Translations under genes and position numbers: made by a program
Source of the DNA: Dielma fastidiosa
GTDB lineage: Bacteria > Bacillota_I > Bacilli_A > Erysipelotrichales > Erysipelotrichaceae
NCBI RefSeq assembly: GCF_000313565.1
Contig: NZ_HE578926.1
Span: 105,370 to 129,369 of the forward strand
Reading direction: 5' to 3'
DNA: 24,000 nucleotides
The notes under the pieces: model-generated
Database searches by the model: none
Told to the model about the DNA's origin: nothing
The model's input: only the letters and a program-made list of their open reading frames with translations
Shown: positions 1 through 7,231 of the stretch, in pieces
How the letters are laid out: every line of letters starts with the position of its first letter
Position numbering within the stretch: position 1 is the first letter of the stretch

Positions 1-653
1 TATTCTTCTCCAATAAAGGTAAAATCCTTGCCGATTTCAAGAATAAAATCTTTTAAATTCCGTATAATAGATTTCTGCAAATCACGTTCAGAAACAGTTT
101 CCGGCACATCAAGAAAGTCAAGCACATAATTATCAAGAAAAACATTTCCAGTTGCTCTCTTTGATTCTGCAATAGCAGGTGTTAGTGTTTTTTGTGATAA
201 CATATATCGTTCAAAATAACTGCTATCTATTTGTCTTTCTAATTCTCTTTTTGAAAGTCGCTCTTTCACACACATATTCATGTAAAAAATACGTTCTTCC
301 ATTGTTTTGCACGCAGACATAATCTTCAAATGATTCGTCCAGCTCAATTGTGTCACCAGTGGTGACACTTTTTCTTCATCTTTGTACATTTCATAAAATT
401 GCTTCATTCTATATAATCCACGACGATTAAATCCTTTTAATTCAGGATAATTTTCAGAAAAGAAATTAGCAAGCCTCTCTACAAAAGCATCTCCATATTC
501 CGCATTTTTTGATTCTCTGCTAATGTATTCACCTATATCACGATACATCAAGATCAGTTCTTCATTCACTTTACGATACGCTCTATCTTTAGCTGATTCA
601 ATAATAGTAATGATTTTTTGAAACTGTTCTCCATGCGATACTATATCTTTCAT
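1..653 (-). CDS. DUF1016/YhcG-family protein (PD-(D/E)XK nuclease superfamily), N-terminal ~217 codons; the 3' end lies beyond the left window edge
   Basis: Absent from the ORF track because there is no stop codon in the window. Hand translation of the reverse complement from the ATG at 651-653 gives MKDIVSHGEQFQKIITIIESAKDRAYRKVNEELILMYRDIGEYISRESKNAEYGDAFVERLANFFSENYPELKGFNRRGLYRMKQFYEMYKDEEKVSPLVTQLSWTNHLKIMSACKTMEERIFYMNMCVKERLSKRELERQIDSSYFERY..., open to position 1. RBS GAGGAGGG (659-666) lies 5 nt upstream. The pattern (P.LKGF..RNL..M..FY..Y, LSW.HH, W S.R.L..QI) matches my memory of the YhcG N-terminal domain. Confidence 0.7.
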   Translation of the reverse strand, partial: MKDIVSHGEQFQKIITIIESAKDRAYRKVNEELILMYRDIGEYISRESKNAEYGDAFVERLANFFSENYPELKGFNRRGLYRMKQFYEMYKDEEKVSPLVTQLSWTNHLKIMSACKTMEERIFYMNMCVKERLSKRELERQIDSSYFERYMLSQKTLTPAIAESKRATGNVFLDNYVLDFLDVPETVSERDLQKSIIRNLKDFILEIGKDFTFIGEE

Positions 654-680
654 TAAATCCCTCCTCTCGAACAATTAAAT

Positions 681-2081
681 TTATTTACTCTTAGAAGAAG
701 TCAAATCTAATTCATCCGCATGTAACTCTATGTTGACATGTTTTTTTGTAATAAGTTTGGAAAGTAACACAACCGTCTCCACATGATACGTCCACGGAAA
801 CATATCCACCGGCTGCACCCGTTCCACCCCATATCCTCGCTCCCCCAAATACTTCAAATCCCTCGCCAGCGTCGACGGATCACACGACACATACACAATC
901 CGCCTCGGCGCCATCGTCAGCATCGCCTCCAGCGTCCGCTCATCACAGCCCTTACGCGGCGGATCCACACAAACCACATCCACCCTTTCCCCGCTATCCG
1001 CAATCCGCGCCGCATACTCCCCAGCATCCGCGCACACAAAATCTACATTCACAATCCCATTCCGCGCCGCATTCCGTTTCGCATCCTCGATCGCCGCAGC
1101 CACAACCTCAACCCCCTGCACATGCGCTGCCTGCCTTGCCATAAACTGCGTAATCGTCCCAATTCCGCAATACAAATCAACCACACGATCATCCTTCGAT
1201 AACTCCGCAAACGCCACTGCCTGATTATACAGCTTCACCGTCTGCACCGGATTCACCTGATAAAACGACTTTGATGAAATCTCAAAACACAGCCCATCCA
1301 ACTCATCTACAATCGTCGGCCGCCCATAAAGCAGCTCCTCCTCATCCCCCAAAATCACATTATCCGCACGCTGATTCAAATTCAAAATGACACTCTTAAC
1401 CTCTGGTACCTCAGCCACCAGCATGCTTGCCATCTTTTTCAGCTCAGCAACCCTTTTCTCCCTAACAATAAAAACCACCATTATCTCACGGGTACTGAAC
1501 CCCACCTTCACCAATAAATGCCGAAACACCTCCGCGTTGCCAAACTCCCCAATCAGCCGCTTCATGCACTGCACCGTCTTATTAATCAGCTCATGCTGAA
1601 TCAAACACACATCCATATCGATAATATCATTGCTGTTGATCCGATAAAACCCACACACCGTCTTCCCAGCCTTATCCACACCAACCGGCACCTGCCCCTT
1701 GTTGCGGTAATACCAGCCATCCTCCATCATCAGCGCATCCTCGACATGACAATCCAAACCACCGATCCGCTCAAGCGCATCCTTCACCCGCTGCGTCTTA
1801 AATCGCTGCAGCTCCGCCAACGAAAAATGCTGCAGCTGACAACCGCCGCACTGCTTAAAAATCTTACAAGGCGGTTCTGCCCGCTCAGGACTCGCACTAA
1901 TCAGCTTCATCAGCCTGCCGTAGCCAAAATTCTTCCTCACCTGCGTAACCACAATCTCACCGCATTCCCCAACTAGCATATCCTTCACAAAAAGCGGAAA
2001 ACCATCCACCTTCACAACTCCCAGACCTTCAAAAGTATAATTCAGGCACGTCCCTGTAACACGATCATTTTTCTTCATCAT
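681..2081 (-). CDS. rlmD: 23S rRNA (uracil-C5)-methyltransferase, RumA/RlmD type (TRAM domain, Fe-S cysteines, SAM MTase)
   Basis: The ORF 681..2087 begins with GTG-TTG; the first ATG is at 2079-2081 (MMKKNDRVTG...). N-terminal TRAM-like region (GLGVVKVDGFPLFVKDMLVGE). Cys cluster CKIFKQCGGCQLQH plus a later DVCLIQH, as in the [4Fe-4S] of E. coli RumA. SAM motif VVDLYCGIGT, catalytic region VDPPRKGC, C-terminal YVSCDPSTLARDL...HVETVVLL. The start codon choice is uncertain. Confidence 0.85.
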   Translation of the reverse strand: MMKKNDRVTGTCLNYTFEGLGVVKVDGFPLFVKDMLVGECGEIVVTQVRKNFGYGRLMKLISASPERAEPPCKIFKQCGGCQLQHFSLAELQRFKTQRVKDALERIGGLDCHVEDALMMEDGWYYRNKGQVPVGVDKAGKTVCGFYRINSNDIIDMDVCLIQHELINKTVQCMKRLIGEFGNAEVFRHLLVKVGFSTREIMVVFIVREKRVAELKKMASMLVAEVPEVKSVILNLNQRADNVILGDEEELLYGRPTIVDELDGLCFEISSKSFYQVNPVQTVKLYNQAVAFAELSKDDRVVDLYCGIGTITQFMARQAAHVQGVEVVAAAIEDAKRNAARNGIVNVDFVCADAGEYAARIADSGERVDVVCVDPPRKGCDERTLEAMLTMAPRRIVYVSCDPSTLARDLKYLGERGYGVERVQPVDMFPWTYHVETVVLLSKLITKKHVNIELHADELDLTSSKSK

Positions 2082-2111
2082 CAACACTCACTCTCATCAT
2101 TAATTATCACC

Positions 2112-2120
2112 ATTATAACA
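2112..2120 (-). promoter_or_regulatory. Candidate extended -10 promoter element (TGTTATAAT) for rlmD
   Basis: The minus strand reads ...GGCTTTTTTATGTTATAATGGTG..., about 30 nt upstream of the rlmD start. No convincing -35 was seen. Confidence 0.4.
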
Positions 2121-2121
2121 T

Positions 2122-2149
2122 AAAAAAGCCGCCTAATTTTCATCAGGCA
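2122..2149 (-). terminator. Weak candidate intrinsic terminator overlapping the TetR stop codon
   Basis: Minus-strand RNA UGCCU-GAUGAAAAUU-AGGCG (5 bp including one G.U pair) followed by GCUUUUUUA. The stem is short, so confidence is low. Confidence 0.3.
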
Positions 2150-2714
2150 GCAAGTTCGGCAGCAGATTTTTAATATTCCTCAAATTCGTAGAATCCTTAC
2201 TGATCCAGCAGGAAATCAGATTCCCATGAATCAGCGTCAGCAGCATCTTCGAATACTGATCCGCATGCATCTCATCATAACCGCACGCCATCAATTTCTC
2301 ACGATACAAAACCTCCCACTTTCGATACACTTCCTTTGAAGCCTCATCCAGCTCCTCACTGATATAAGTAGCCTCAATCCCCATAAACGTGATAATCAGC
2401 GACTTCAGACCTTCCCTGCCATTTTCAATATCTCTGGCAAGACATTCCGCCATCCAGCAAAAAACCTCCACCGCATTATCAGAGACTGAAAATATATTCT
2501 TGCGAATCCCCATCTCCATCTTATCATAAGCGTCATGAACAACAGCCACCGCCAGCTGATTCTTACCGCCAGGAAAATAATGATAAAAAGATCCTTTTGG
2601 AATATCACATGCACTTACGATCTCATTGATACCAACACCAAAATAACCCTTCTGCGAGAATAATGTAGACGCCTTTTCAAGTATCATCTCCCGCTTTTCC
2701 GCACTGTGATTCAT
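2133..2714 (-). CDS. TetR/AcrR-family transcriptional regulator
   Basis: 193 aa. N-terminal HTH signature REMILEKASTLFSQKGYFGVGINEIVSACDIPKGSFYHYFPGGKNQL is typical of TetR_N. ATG at 2712-2714 with GGGTGGTGG upstream. Confidence 0.85.
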   Translation of the reverse strand: MNHSAEKREMILEKASTLFSQKGYFGVGINEIVSACDIPKGSFYHYFPGGKNQLAVAVVHDAYDKMEMGIRKNIFSVSDNAVEVFCWMAECLARDIENGREGLKSLIITFMGIEATYISEELDEASKEVYRKWEVLYREKLMACGYDEMHADQYSKMLLTLIHGNLISCWISKDSTNLRNIKNLLPNLLPDEN

Positions 2715-2740
2715 ACTGCCACCACCCTTACAATTAAATA

Positions 2741-2776
2741 TATAATAAAGGGGCTGACTTCTAATATCAACCCCTT
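2741..2776 (-). terminator. Rho-independent terminator downstream of the flavin reductase gene
   Basis: Minus-strand RNA GGGGUUGA-UAUUAGAAG-UCAGCCCC (8-bp stem with one G.U pair, 9-nt loop; stem at 2750-2774) followed by UUUAUUAUAUAUUU. It lies about 50 nt after the stop at 2826-2828. Confidence 0.6.
2742..2770 (-). promoter_or_regulatory. Candidate promoter for the TetR gene, embedded in the upstream terminator hairpin
   Basis: Minus strand: TTGATA (2765-2770), 17-nt spacer, TATTAT (2742-2747). The -35 lies in the loop and 3' arm of the terminator stem. Confidence 0.35.
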
Positions 2777-2825
2777 ATTTATAAAATTTTCGCTTATTTC
2801 TTCTGCTTTTTTACATTCACAAGCA

Positions 2826-4613
2826 TTATTTAATCATTGAGGAAGCAGACACACCAGCATTTCTACCGCTAGTCATAGCCCAACCGAACAATGAACCGCC
2901 ATAATAGATATCGCCTTCAAGACCGCCGACAACCTCACCGGCAGCAAACAATCCATCAACAGCCTCCTGCTTCGTATTCAGAACCTGCATCTGATCATTA
3001 ATATGCAAGCCGCCTAATGTTGCATAATAACGCAGCCACATCTGCACTGCATAATAAGGACCATCATTGCTGATTTCAACCGTTAGCTTTCTGCCGAATT
3101 CATCAGTACCTGCAGCCACATCAGCATTATACTTCTCTGCCGCAGCAGTTAATGAACCTTCAGGCAGATTCAATGTCTTCGCAAGATCTTCAAGCGTTTC
3201 ACCCTTAACCATCACTGGATTTGATGAACCATTATTTTCAAGCCATTCCTTAACATTCTCTTCAGTATAAATTGCACTGCCGATCATTCCCTTATTGAAG
3301 GCATCAAAAGAAGCCTGATCAAGAATTAAATAATTAGTCTTATTCTGTTTCATAGCCTGAATCAGATCATAAGCCTTACCTTGTTCATTCGCAAAACGAA
3401 CACCGTTTTCATTTACTAAGAATGCACCACTTGTCGCATAAGCACCGCCGACACCTGGATTGCAGTATTGACCTAATCCGCTAGGCATTACAATACTGTT
3501 AGGCTGTACATTCACAAATTCCATATTGATCAAATCAGCATCAACAGCTTTAGTCATTTCAATTGCATCACCTGTCGCACCAGCTGCACCGGCATAAACA
3601 AATTCCTGATATTCAGCCGGAACTAACTCGTCATTAGCACCAAAGCCGCCAGTCGCTAAAATAACAGCCTTCGCATTAATTGTATAAATCTTATCCTTGC
3701 TTTCAGCTTTAGCACCCACAACCTTGCCATTTTCAATAATCAATTCAGTACCTGCAGTATTCAAATAAACATCACCGCCGGCATCCTCTACACGCTGAAG
3801 CAATGTCTTAACAACACCAGCACCGCGTCCAACACCTGAGTAAGTACGTCCCGGTTCAGAATTATCGTATTCAACATTAGCGCCTTCCGGATCAACCAAC
3901 CAGTCAAAAGCAGCACCTACTGTATTTACGAAAATATCCAAGGTAGCTTCATCATTATAATTATGTCCATTAGCCAGCATATCCGCCTTAAGCATTTCAG
4001 GACTGTCTTCATAACCTGATTCAATCTGCCACTTACTGCCTGTCGCCGTCGTTCCAGCACCAGCCATTGATGACGCACCGCCGGCAAAAGACATCTTTTC
4101 TAATAATACAACTTTATTGCCTTCCTGAAGGGCAGATAATGAAGCTGTCAAACCAGCACCACCAGCACCAATTACCAAGATATCCGTTGTTAATTCAACT
4201 GTTTCCTTCTCAGTATTGCCAGTTACAGCCTGGCTCATCTTATCCAGATCAGCACCAGCCTGAGTCAGCGCATCCTTTAATGCTTCAATAAAGCCATTGC
4301 TTGTTACTGTAGCACCGCTAACCGTATCAATCGCAATACTTTGACTATCCAGCACTTCCTGTACCAAAGTTGGCAGCGCCGCACCGCCGATCGCTTCAGT
4401 TTCTGAATTCTCTAATACATCAATAGCCGTGATCTTATCAGCATCCACAGTCACCGAGATCTTTAAATCACCGCCAAACCCTTTTGCTGTTGCTTCATAT
4501 GTTCCAGCTGTCATCCCTGTTTTGTCATCGACAGGTGCATCGCTCTTAGGCGCACAACCGGAGAACAACATTGCTCCAGCTAAGCATAAACTCAATAATT
4601 TAGCCTTTTTCAT
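2826..4613 (-). CDS. Lipoprotein flavin reductase: N-terminal FMN_bind domain fused to an FAD-dependent flavocytochrome-c/fumarate-reductase-like (FrdA/UrdA-type) domain
   Basis: 595 aa.
- Signal peptide with lipobox: MKKAKLLSLCLAGAMLFSG|C.
- FMN_bind domain carrying the ApbE flavinylation motif D-T-V-S-G-A-T (Thr102; SGAT codons 4308-4319).
- Dinucleotide-binding motif DILVIGAGGAGLTASLSA.
- C-terminal FAD motif GLFAAGEVVGG.
- AGGAGG RBS at 4618-4623. Confidence 0.85.
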   Translation of the reverse strand: MKKAKLLSLCLAGAMLFSGCAPKSDAPVDDKTGMTAGTYEATAKGFGGDLKISVTVDADKITAIDVLENSETEAIGGAALPTLVQEVLDSQSIAIDTVSGATVTSNGFIEALKDALTQAGADLDKMSQAVTGNTEKETVELTTDILVIGAGGAGLTASLSALQEGNKVVLLEKMSFAGGASSMAGAGTTATGSKWQIESGYEDSPEMLKADMLANGHNYNDEATLDIFVNTVGAAFDWLVDPEGANVEYDNSEPGRTYSGVGRGAGVVKTLLQRVEDAGGDVYLNTAGTELIIENGKVVGAKAESKDKIYTINAKAVILATGGFGANDELVPAEYQEFVYAGAAGATGDAIEMTKAVDADLINMEFVNVQPNSIVMPSGLGQYCNPGVGGAYATSGAFLVNENGVRFANEQGKAYDLIQAMKQNKTNYLILDQASFDAFNKGMIGSAIYTEENVKEWLENNGSSNPVMVKGETLEDLAKTLNLPEGSLTAAAEKYNADVAAGTDEFGRKLTVEISNDGPYYAVQMWLRYYATLGGLHINDQMQVLNTKQEAVDGLFAAGEVVGGLEGDIYYGGSLFGWAMTSGRNAGVSASSMIK

Positions 4614-4641
4614 AGTTCCTCCTATCCCGTTTGTATTTCAC

Positions 4642-4656
4642 TAGACGAACGGTCTA
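4642..4656. promoter_or_regulatory. Operator-like inverted repeat TAGAC-N5-GTCTA at the predicted transcription start of the reductase gene
   Basis: Plus strand TAGACGAACGGTCTA (arms 4642-4646 and 4652-4656), immediately downstream of the -10 at 4662-4667. The only regulator nearby is the TetR gene at 2133-2714. Confidence 0.4.
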
Positions 4657-4661
4657 CTATT

Positions 4662-4689
4662 AGTATACCTGAAGTTGCTTCAATGTCAA
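4662..4689 (-). promoter_or_regulatory. SigA-type promoter for the flavin reductase gene
   Basis: Minus strand: TTGACA (4684-4689), 16-nt spacer, TATACT (4662-4667). About 45 nt upstream of the ATG at 4613. Confidence 0.65.
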
Positions 4690-4859
4690 GACAGTTTTGT
4701 GAATTGTTTAGCTTACAAGCATCAATAATCACTTGTGGATTTATTATCCCTTACATGTAATGTCATCATAGATCTATCAAAAACTCAGCTCCACTTACAA
4801 AGAAAAAGAGAAATGCATAATACATTCCTCCACAAAAAAGCCCCAATTTTTCGAACCTA

Positions 4860-6077
4860 TTATTTCTGCTTCAGCAATCCCATAAACGAGCTGCCATTCT
4901 GCGGCGCCGCCACTCCAAAGAAATCGCAGACGCTCGCACCCACATCCGACAATGACTTCCGCAAGCCTAACTCAACGCCATGCACCTGCCCATGCCATAC
5001 CAACAGCGGCACATTTTCACGCGTATGCTTATTATGACCGATATCCGGATCGTTGCCATGATCTGCCATCACGACCAGCACATCCTCATCATTCAGCAGT
5101 TCAATGATTTGAGCAATCTTCGCATCCGCCAGCTTCAGCAATTCCATATACCACTTAGCATCCTGACTGTGACCGGCAAGATCGGTCTCCTGCACATTGG
5201 TACAAATAAAACCATGCTTCATAGACTTCACGGCATCCAGCGTCAGATCCAGCACTTCACCAGTATCCACACAGGAAATCGACTTGCCATCATCATTTGC
5301 GACAATGTCTGCCACCTTACCAAGCAGCGTTACTTCAATCCCCGCCTCACTCAAAATCGTCGGTGCCTGAACGCTCTTATCCACACCATAACCAAGATGG
5401 CGGCACATATAACCTTGTTCATATGACTTTGACTTCACGGCATGAATCCCGATAAAACGATCCTCACGCGTCTCCTCGGCAGCCAGAATATCCTTAATCG
5501 TATTACCTGTACCGCCAAAAGGAATCACCCGGTTGACCGTTACTACCTCTCTGACCTGCCGGGCCAGCTCCAGCTCTTTTTCAAACGGCATGACATCCAG
5601 CGGCGCCGTACAATTATACGCCATGCCAAAATCTGCATCAATATTATCCGCCACCGTACACGCATCATCCACTAACAGATAACGCAGCTTGCCGCGGCTG
5701 ATAACATCAACCTTATGACCCAAGGAAAGCAAATGCTCAGCAACCTCATCCACCTTATCCTGAAAAGGCTGTACCTTTGGAACCTTTGGCAAAGTGCCCA
5801 TAATTTCCTGATGTCCCATAAACGTATCAGCGCCAAAATGCATCAACTCACATTTTCCAAAATTAGCTTCCTTGCTGAAATGCATATTTTTGCTTGTCTT
5901 GCCAAACGCATTCATCAATCCCAGCCGTTCCAATGCCGGCAGCTTTAAATCCGGATAATCATTCAAAATACTGCCTAATGTAGAGCTGCTTTCATCGCCG
6001 GGCCGTGCCGTTGCCGCATCGCTCATCGCGCCGATGCCAAAACCATCCAGTACAATGACTACAAATCGCTGATTCAT
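4860..6077 (-). CDS. yhfW: YhfW-like phosphopentomutase-family (alkaline-phosphatase superfamily) phosphomutase
   Basis: 405 aa. DeoB-like motifs: N-terminal VVIVLDGFGIG; nucleophile region GADTFMGHQE; TDLAGHSQD; MADHGNDP. The start overlaps the upstream stop as ATGA (6074-6077). Confidence 0.75.
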   Translation of the reverse strand: MNQRFVVIVLDGFGIGAMSDAATARPGDESSSTLGSILNDYPDLKLPALERLGLMNAFGKTSKNMHFSKEANFGKCELMHFGADTFMGHQEIMGTLPKVPKVQPFQDKVDEVAEHLLSLGHKVDVISRGKLRYLLVDDACTVADNIDADFGMAYNCTAPLDVMPFEKELELARQVREVVTVNRVIPFGGTGNTIKDILAAEETREDRFIGIHAVKSKSYEQGYMCRHLGYGVDKSVQAPTILSEAGIEVTLLGKVADIVANDDGKSISCVDTGEVLDLTLDAVKSMKHGFICTNVQETDLAGHSQDAKWYMELLKLADAKIAQIIELLNDEDVLVVMADHGNDPDIGHNKHTRENVPLLVWHGQVHGVELGLRKSLSDVGASVCDFFGVAAPQNGSSFMGLLKQK

Positions 6078-7231
6078 TTTATTTCATCTCCCAAGCTGTT
6101 GTAAATTCCAAGCAGCTTCATCTCGCCTGTATGGATGCCTTCAACAACCGCTACATTGCTGCGCGTCACAAAAATCTGAAAACGGAAAGCCATGACCACC
6201 GTATCACTCACCGTACAAGGCTGATCCAATTCAAAATAATAGTCAATACTTTCCAGACTCGGCGGTTCTACATGGTACAGCCTTGCATGATCCGCGGACT
6301 GACCAACCAATGCATTCGCAACATGAGAACGGCGATAAAAACCACCGCCATAACAATAGGAACGCTCATCAAAATTATGCGATATCTCACTGACATAAGT
6401 CACGCAGGGAATCTCCACACATTCCTTATGCGCATGAAGCGGCGTTGTTCCACTCAAACCATGCCCTGGTTCACCGCTGTTTACCGGATAGCCCTTCATT
6501 TCATTCAAGGTAAAGGTACAAGTCGCTGACGGCGCATTCACATTTTCAATCTCGATGCCATGTTCTGCCAGCATTTCCTGTGCCTTCAGCAATGATTCCA
6601 TATTCGGTGTCGGTGCAATCGTATCCTTTTCTTCATCATAAAGAAAGCATGGGAACGAAGTCACACCGGCAATTTCAATCGCTTCAAGTTTTTTTAATTC
6701 CTCAATAACCGCCGGCAAAACATCTAAGCGAAAGCCCGCTGTCTGGCCGCTGTAAATCATATCCCTTGGACCGACAACTTTCAGCAAAACCTTTTGCCTG
6801 ATACCAAGCGCTTTCGCACATTCATTAATTTCCCGTGCCTTTTCCACAGAAAATATAGTGAAATAATGACAGCCATAGGCTACTAATGCTTTAAGCATCG
6901 CTTTCGGTGCCTGAACCAGATGACCGACATTGGCGATTGGTATCTGATGATCAATCATCACCTTGGCTTCTTTAAAGTCTACCACCACAGCTCCTTCAAA
7001 CCCTAATTCAACAAGCGTCTTCGCAATCAAAGGATTACGGCCCAGCTGTTTCAGCATAAAGTACAAAGCGATATGCTGCTGATTTGCAGCCGCCAGCATC
7101 TGTTTCGCATTCTTTTTTAATGTATCAAGATCTACCACATACGTATCCGGCAAAATAAGTCCCTGCTGATGAAGCTGAAACGATGCCTCGATAAGTTCAC
7201 GGTTTCTTCTTAACGTAGAGCTTAAGAACAT
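6074..7231 (-). CDS. yhfX: YhfX-like PLP-dependent alanine-racemase-fold (fold type III) protein
   Basis: 385 aa. The N-terminus MFLSSTLRRNRELIEASFQLHQQGLILPDTYVVDLDTL resembles E. coli YhfX as I recall it. Candidate PLP lysine in YFMLKQLGRNP. RBS AAGGAAGGTGA. 10-nt overlap with the upstream gene. Confidence 0.7.
   Translation of the reverse strand: MFLSSTLRRNRELIEASFQLHQQGLILPDTYVVDLDTLKKNAKQMLAAANQQHIALYFMLKQLGRNPLIAKTLVELGFEGAVVVDFKEAKVMIDHQIPIANVGHLVQAPKAMLKALVAYGCHYFTIFSVEKAREINECAKALGIRQKVLLKVVGPRDMIYSGQTAGFRLDVLPAVIEELKKLEAIEIAGVTSFPCFLYDEEKDTIAPTPNMESLLKAQEMLAEHGIEIENVNAPSATCTFTLNEMKGYPVNSGEPGHGLSGTTPLHAHKECVEIPCVTYVSEISHNFDERSYCYGGGFYRRSHVANALVGQSADHARLYHVEPPSLESIDYYFELDQPCTVSDTVVMAFRFQIFVTRSNVAVVEGIHTGEMKLLGIYNSLGDEIK

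Noticed and set aside
736-750. ACATGTTTTTTTGTA in the rlmD tail, which resembles the core of the 18-bp yhf leader repeat (ACATTTTTTTGTA)
   Set aside because: It is not identical (an extra G, and the flanks differ). It lies inside a coding region, and a T-run flanked by ACA/TGT is likely to occur by chance in AT-rich DNA.
800-1350. The GC- and C-rich body of rlmD as a horizontally acquired island in its own right
   Set aside because: Hand counts vary widely within the gene (about 42-45% G+C in 1381-1440 and 1981-2080, against 54-65% in 781-1020). Other housekeeping genes here also have local GC-rich patches, such as 16861-16920 in gatA at about 62%. Without contig-wide statistics, only the sharp drop at ~765 seems worth reporting.
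783-1976. Plus-strand ORFs of 139, 70 and 152 aa (783-1202, 1387-1599, 1518-1976) antisense to rlmD
   Set aside because: Their translations are low-complexity and rich in His, Pro, Arg, Thr and Ile. This is what a very C-rich plus strand produces. They have no RBS and lie entirely inside a well-supported minus-strand gene. The same reasoning applies to the other short antisense or alternate-frame ORFs in the track (for example 2405-2614, 3067-3270, 4067-4291, 4980-5426, 10365-11066, 12642-13098, 14633-15899, 16348-17065, 19680-20142, 20976-21474, 21906-22157, 22447-22719, 23469-23651).
4751-4760. 10-bp palindrome TTACATGTAA between yhfW and the reductase promoter
   Set aside because: It is short and AT-rich, with no second copy and no positional relationship to a promoter. 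It is compatible with chance.
4832-4853. Possible terminator after yhfW (GAAAAA-UUGGGGC-UUUUUU on the minus strand)
   Set aside because: The stem would be almost entirely A-U pairs, with no G-C clamp, so it is not a convincing intrinsic terminator. The end of the operon transcript is therefore undefined, and read-through towards the reductase promoter cannot be excluded.
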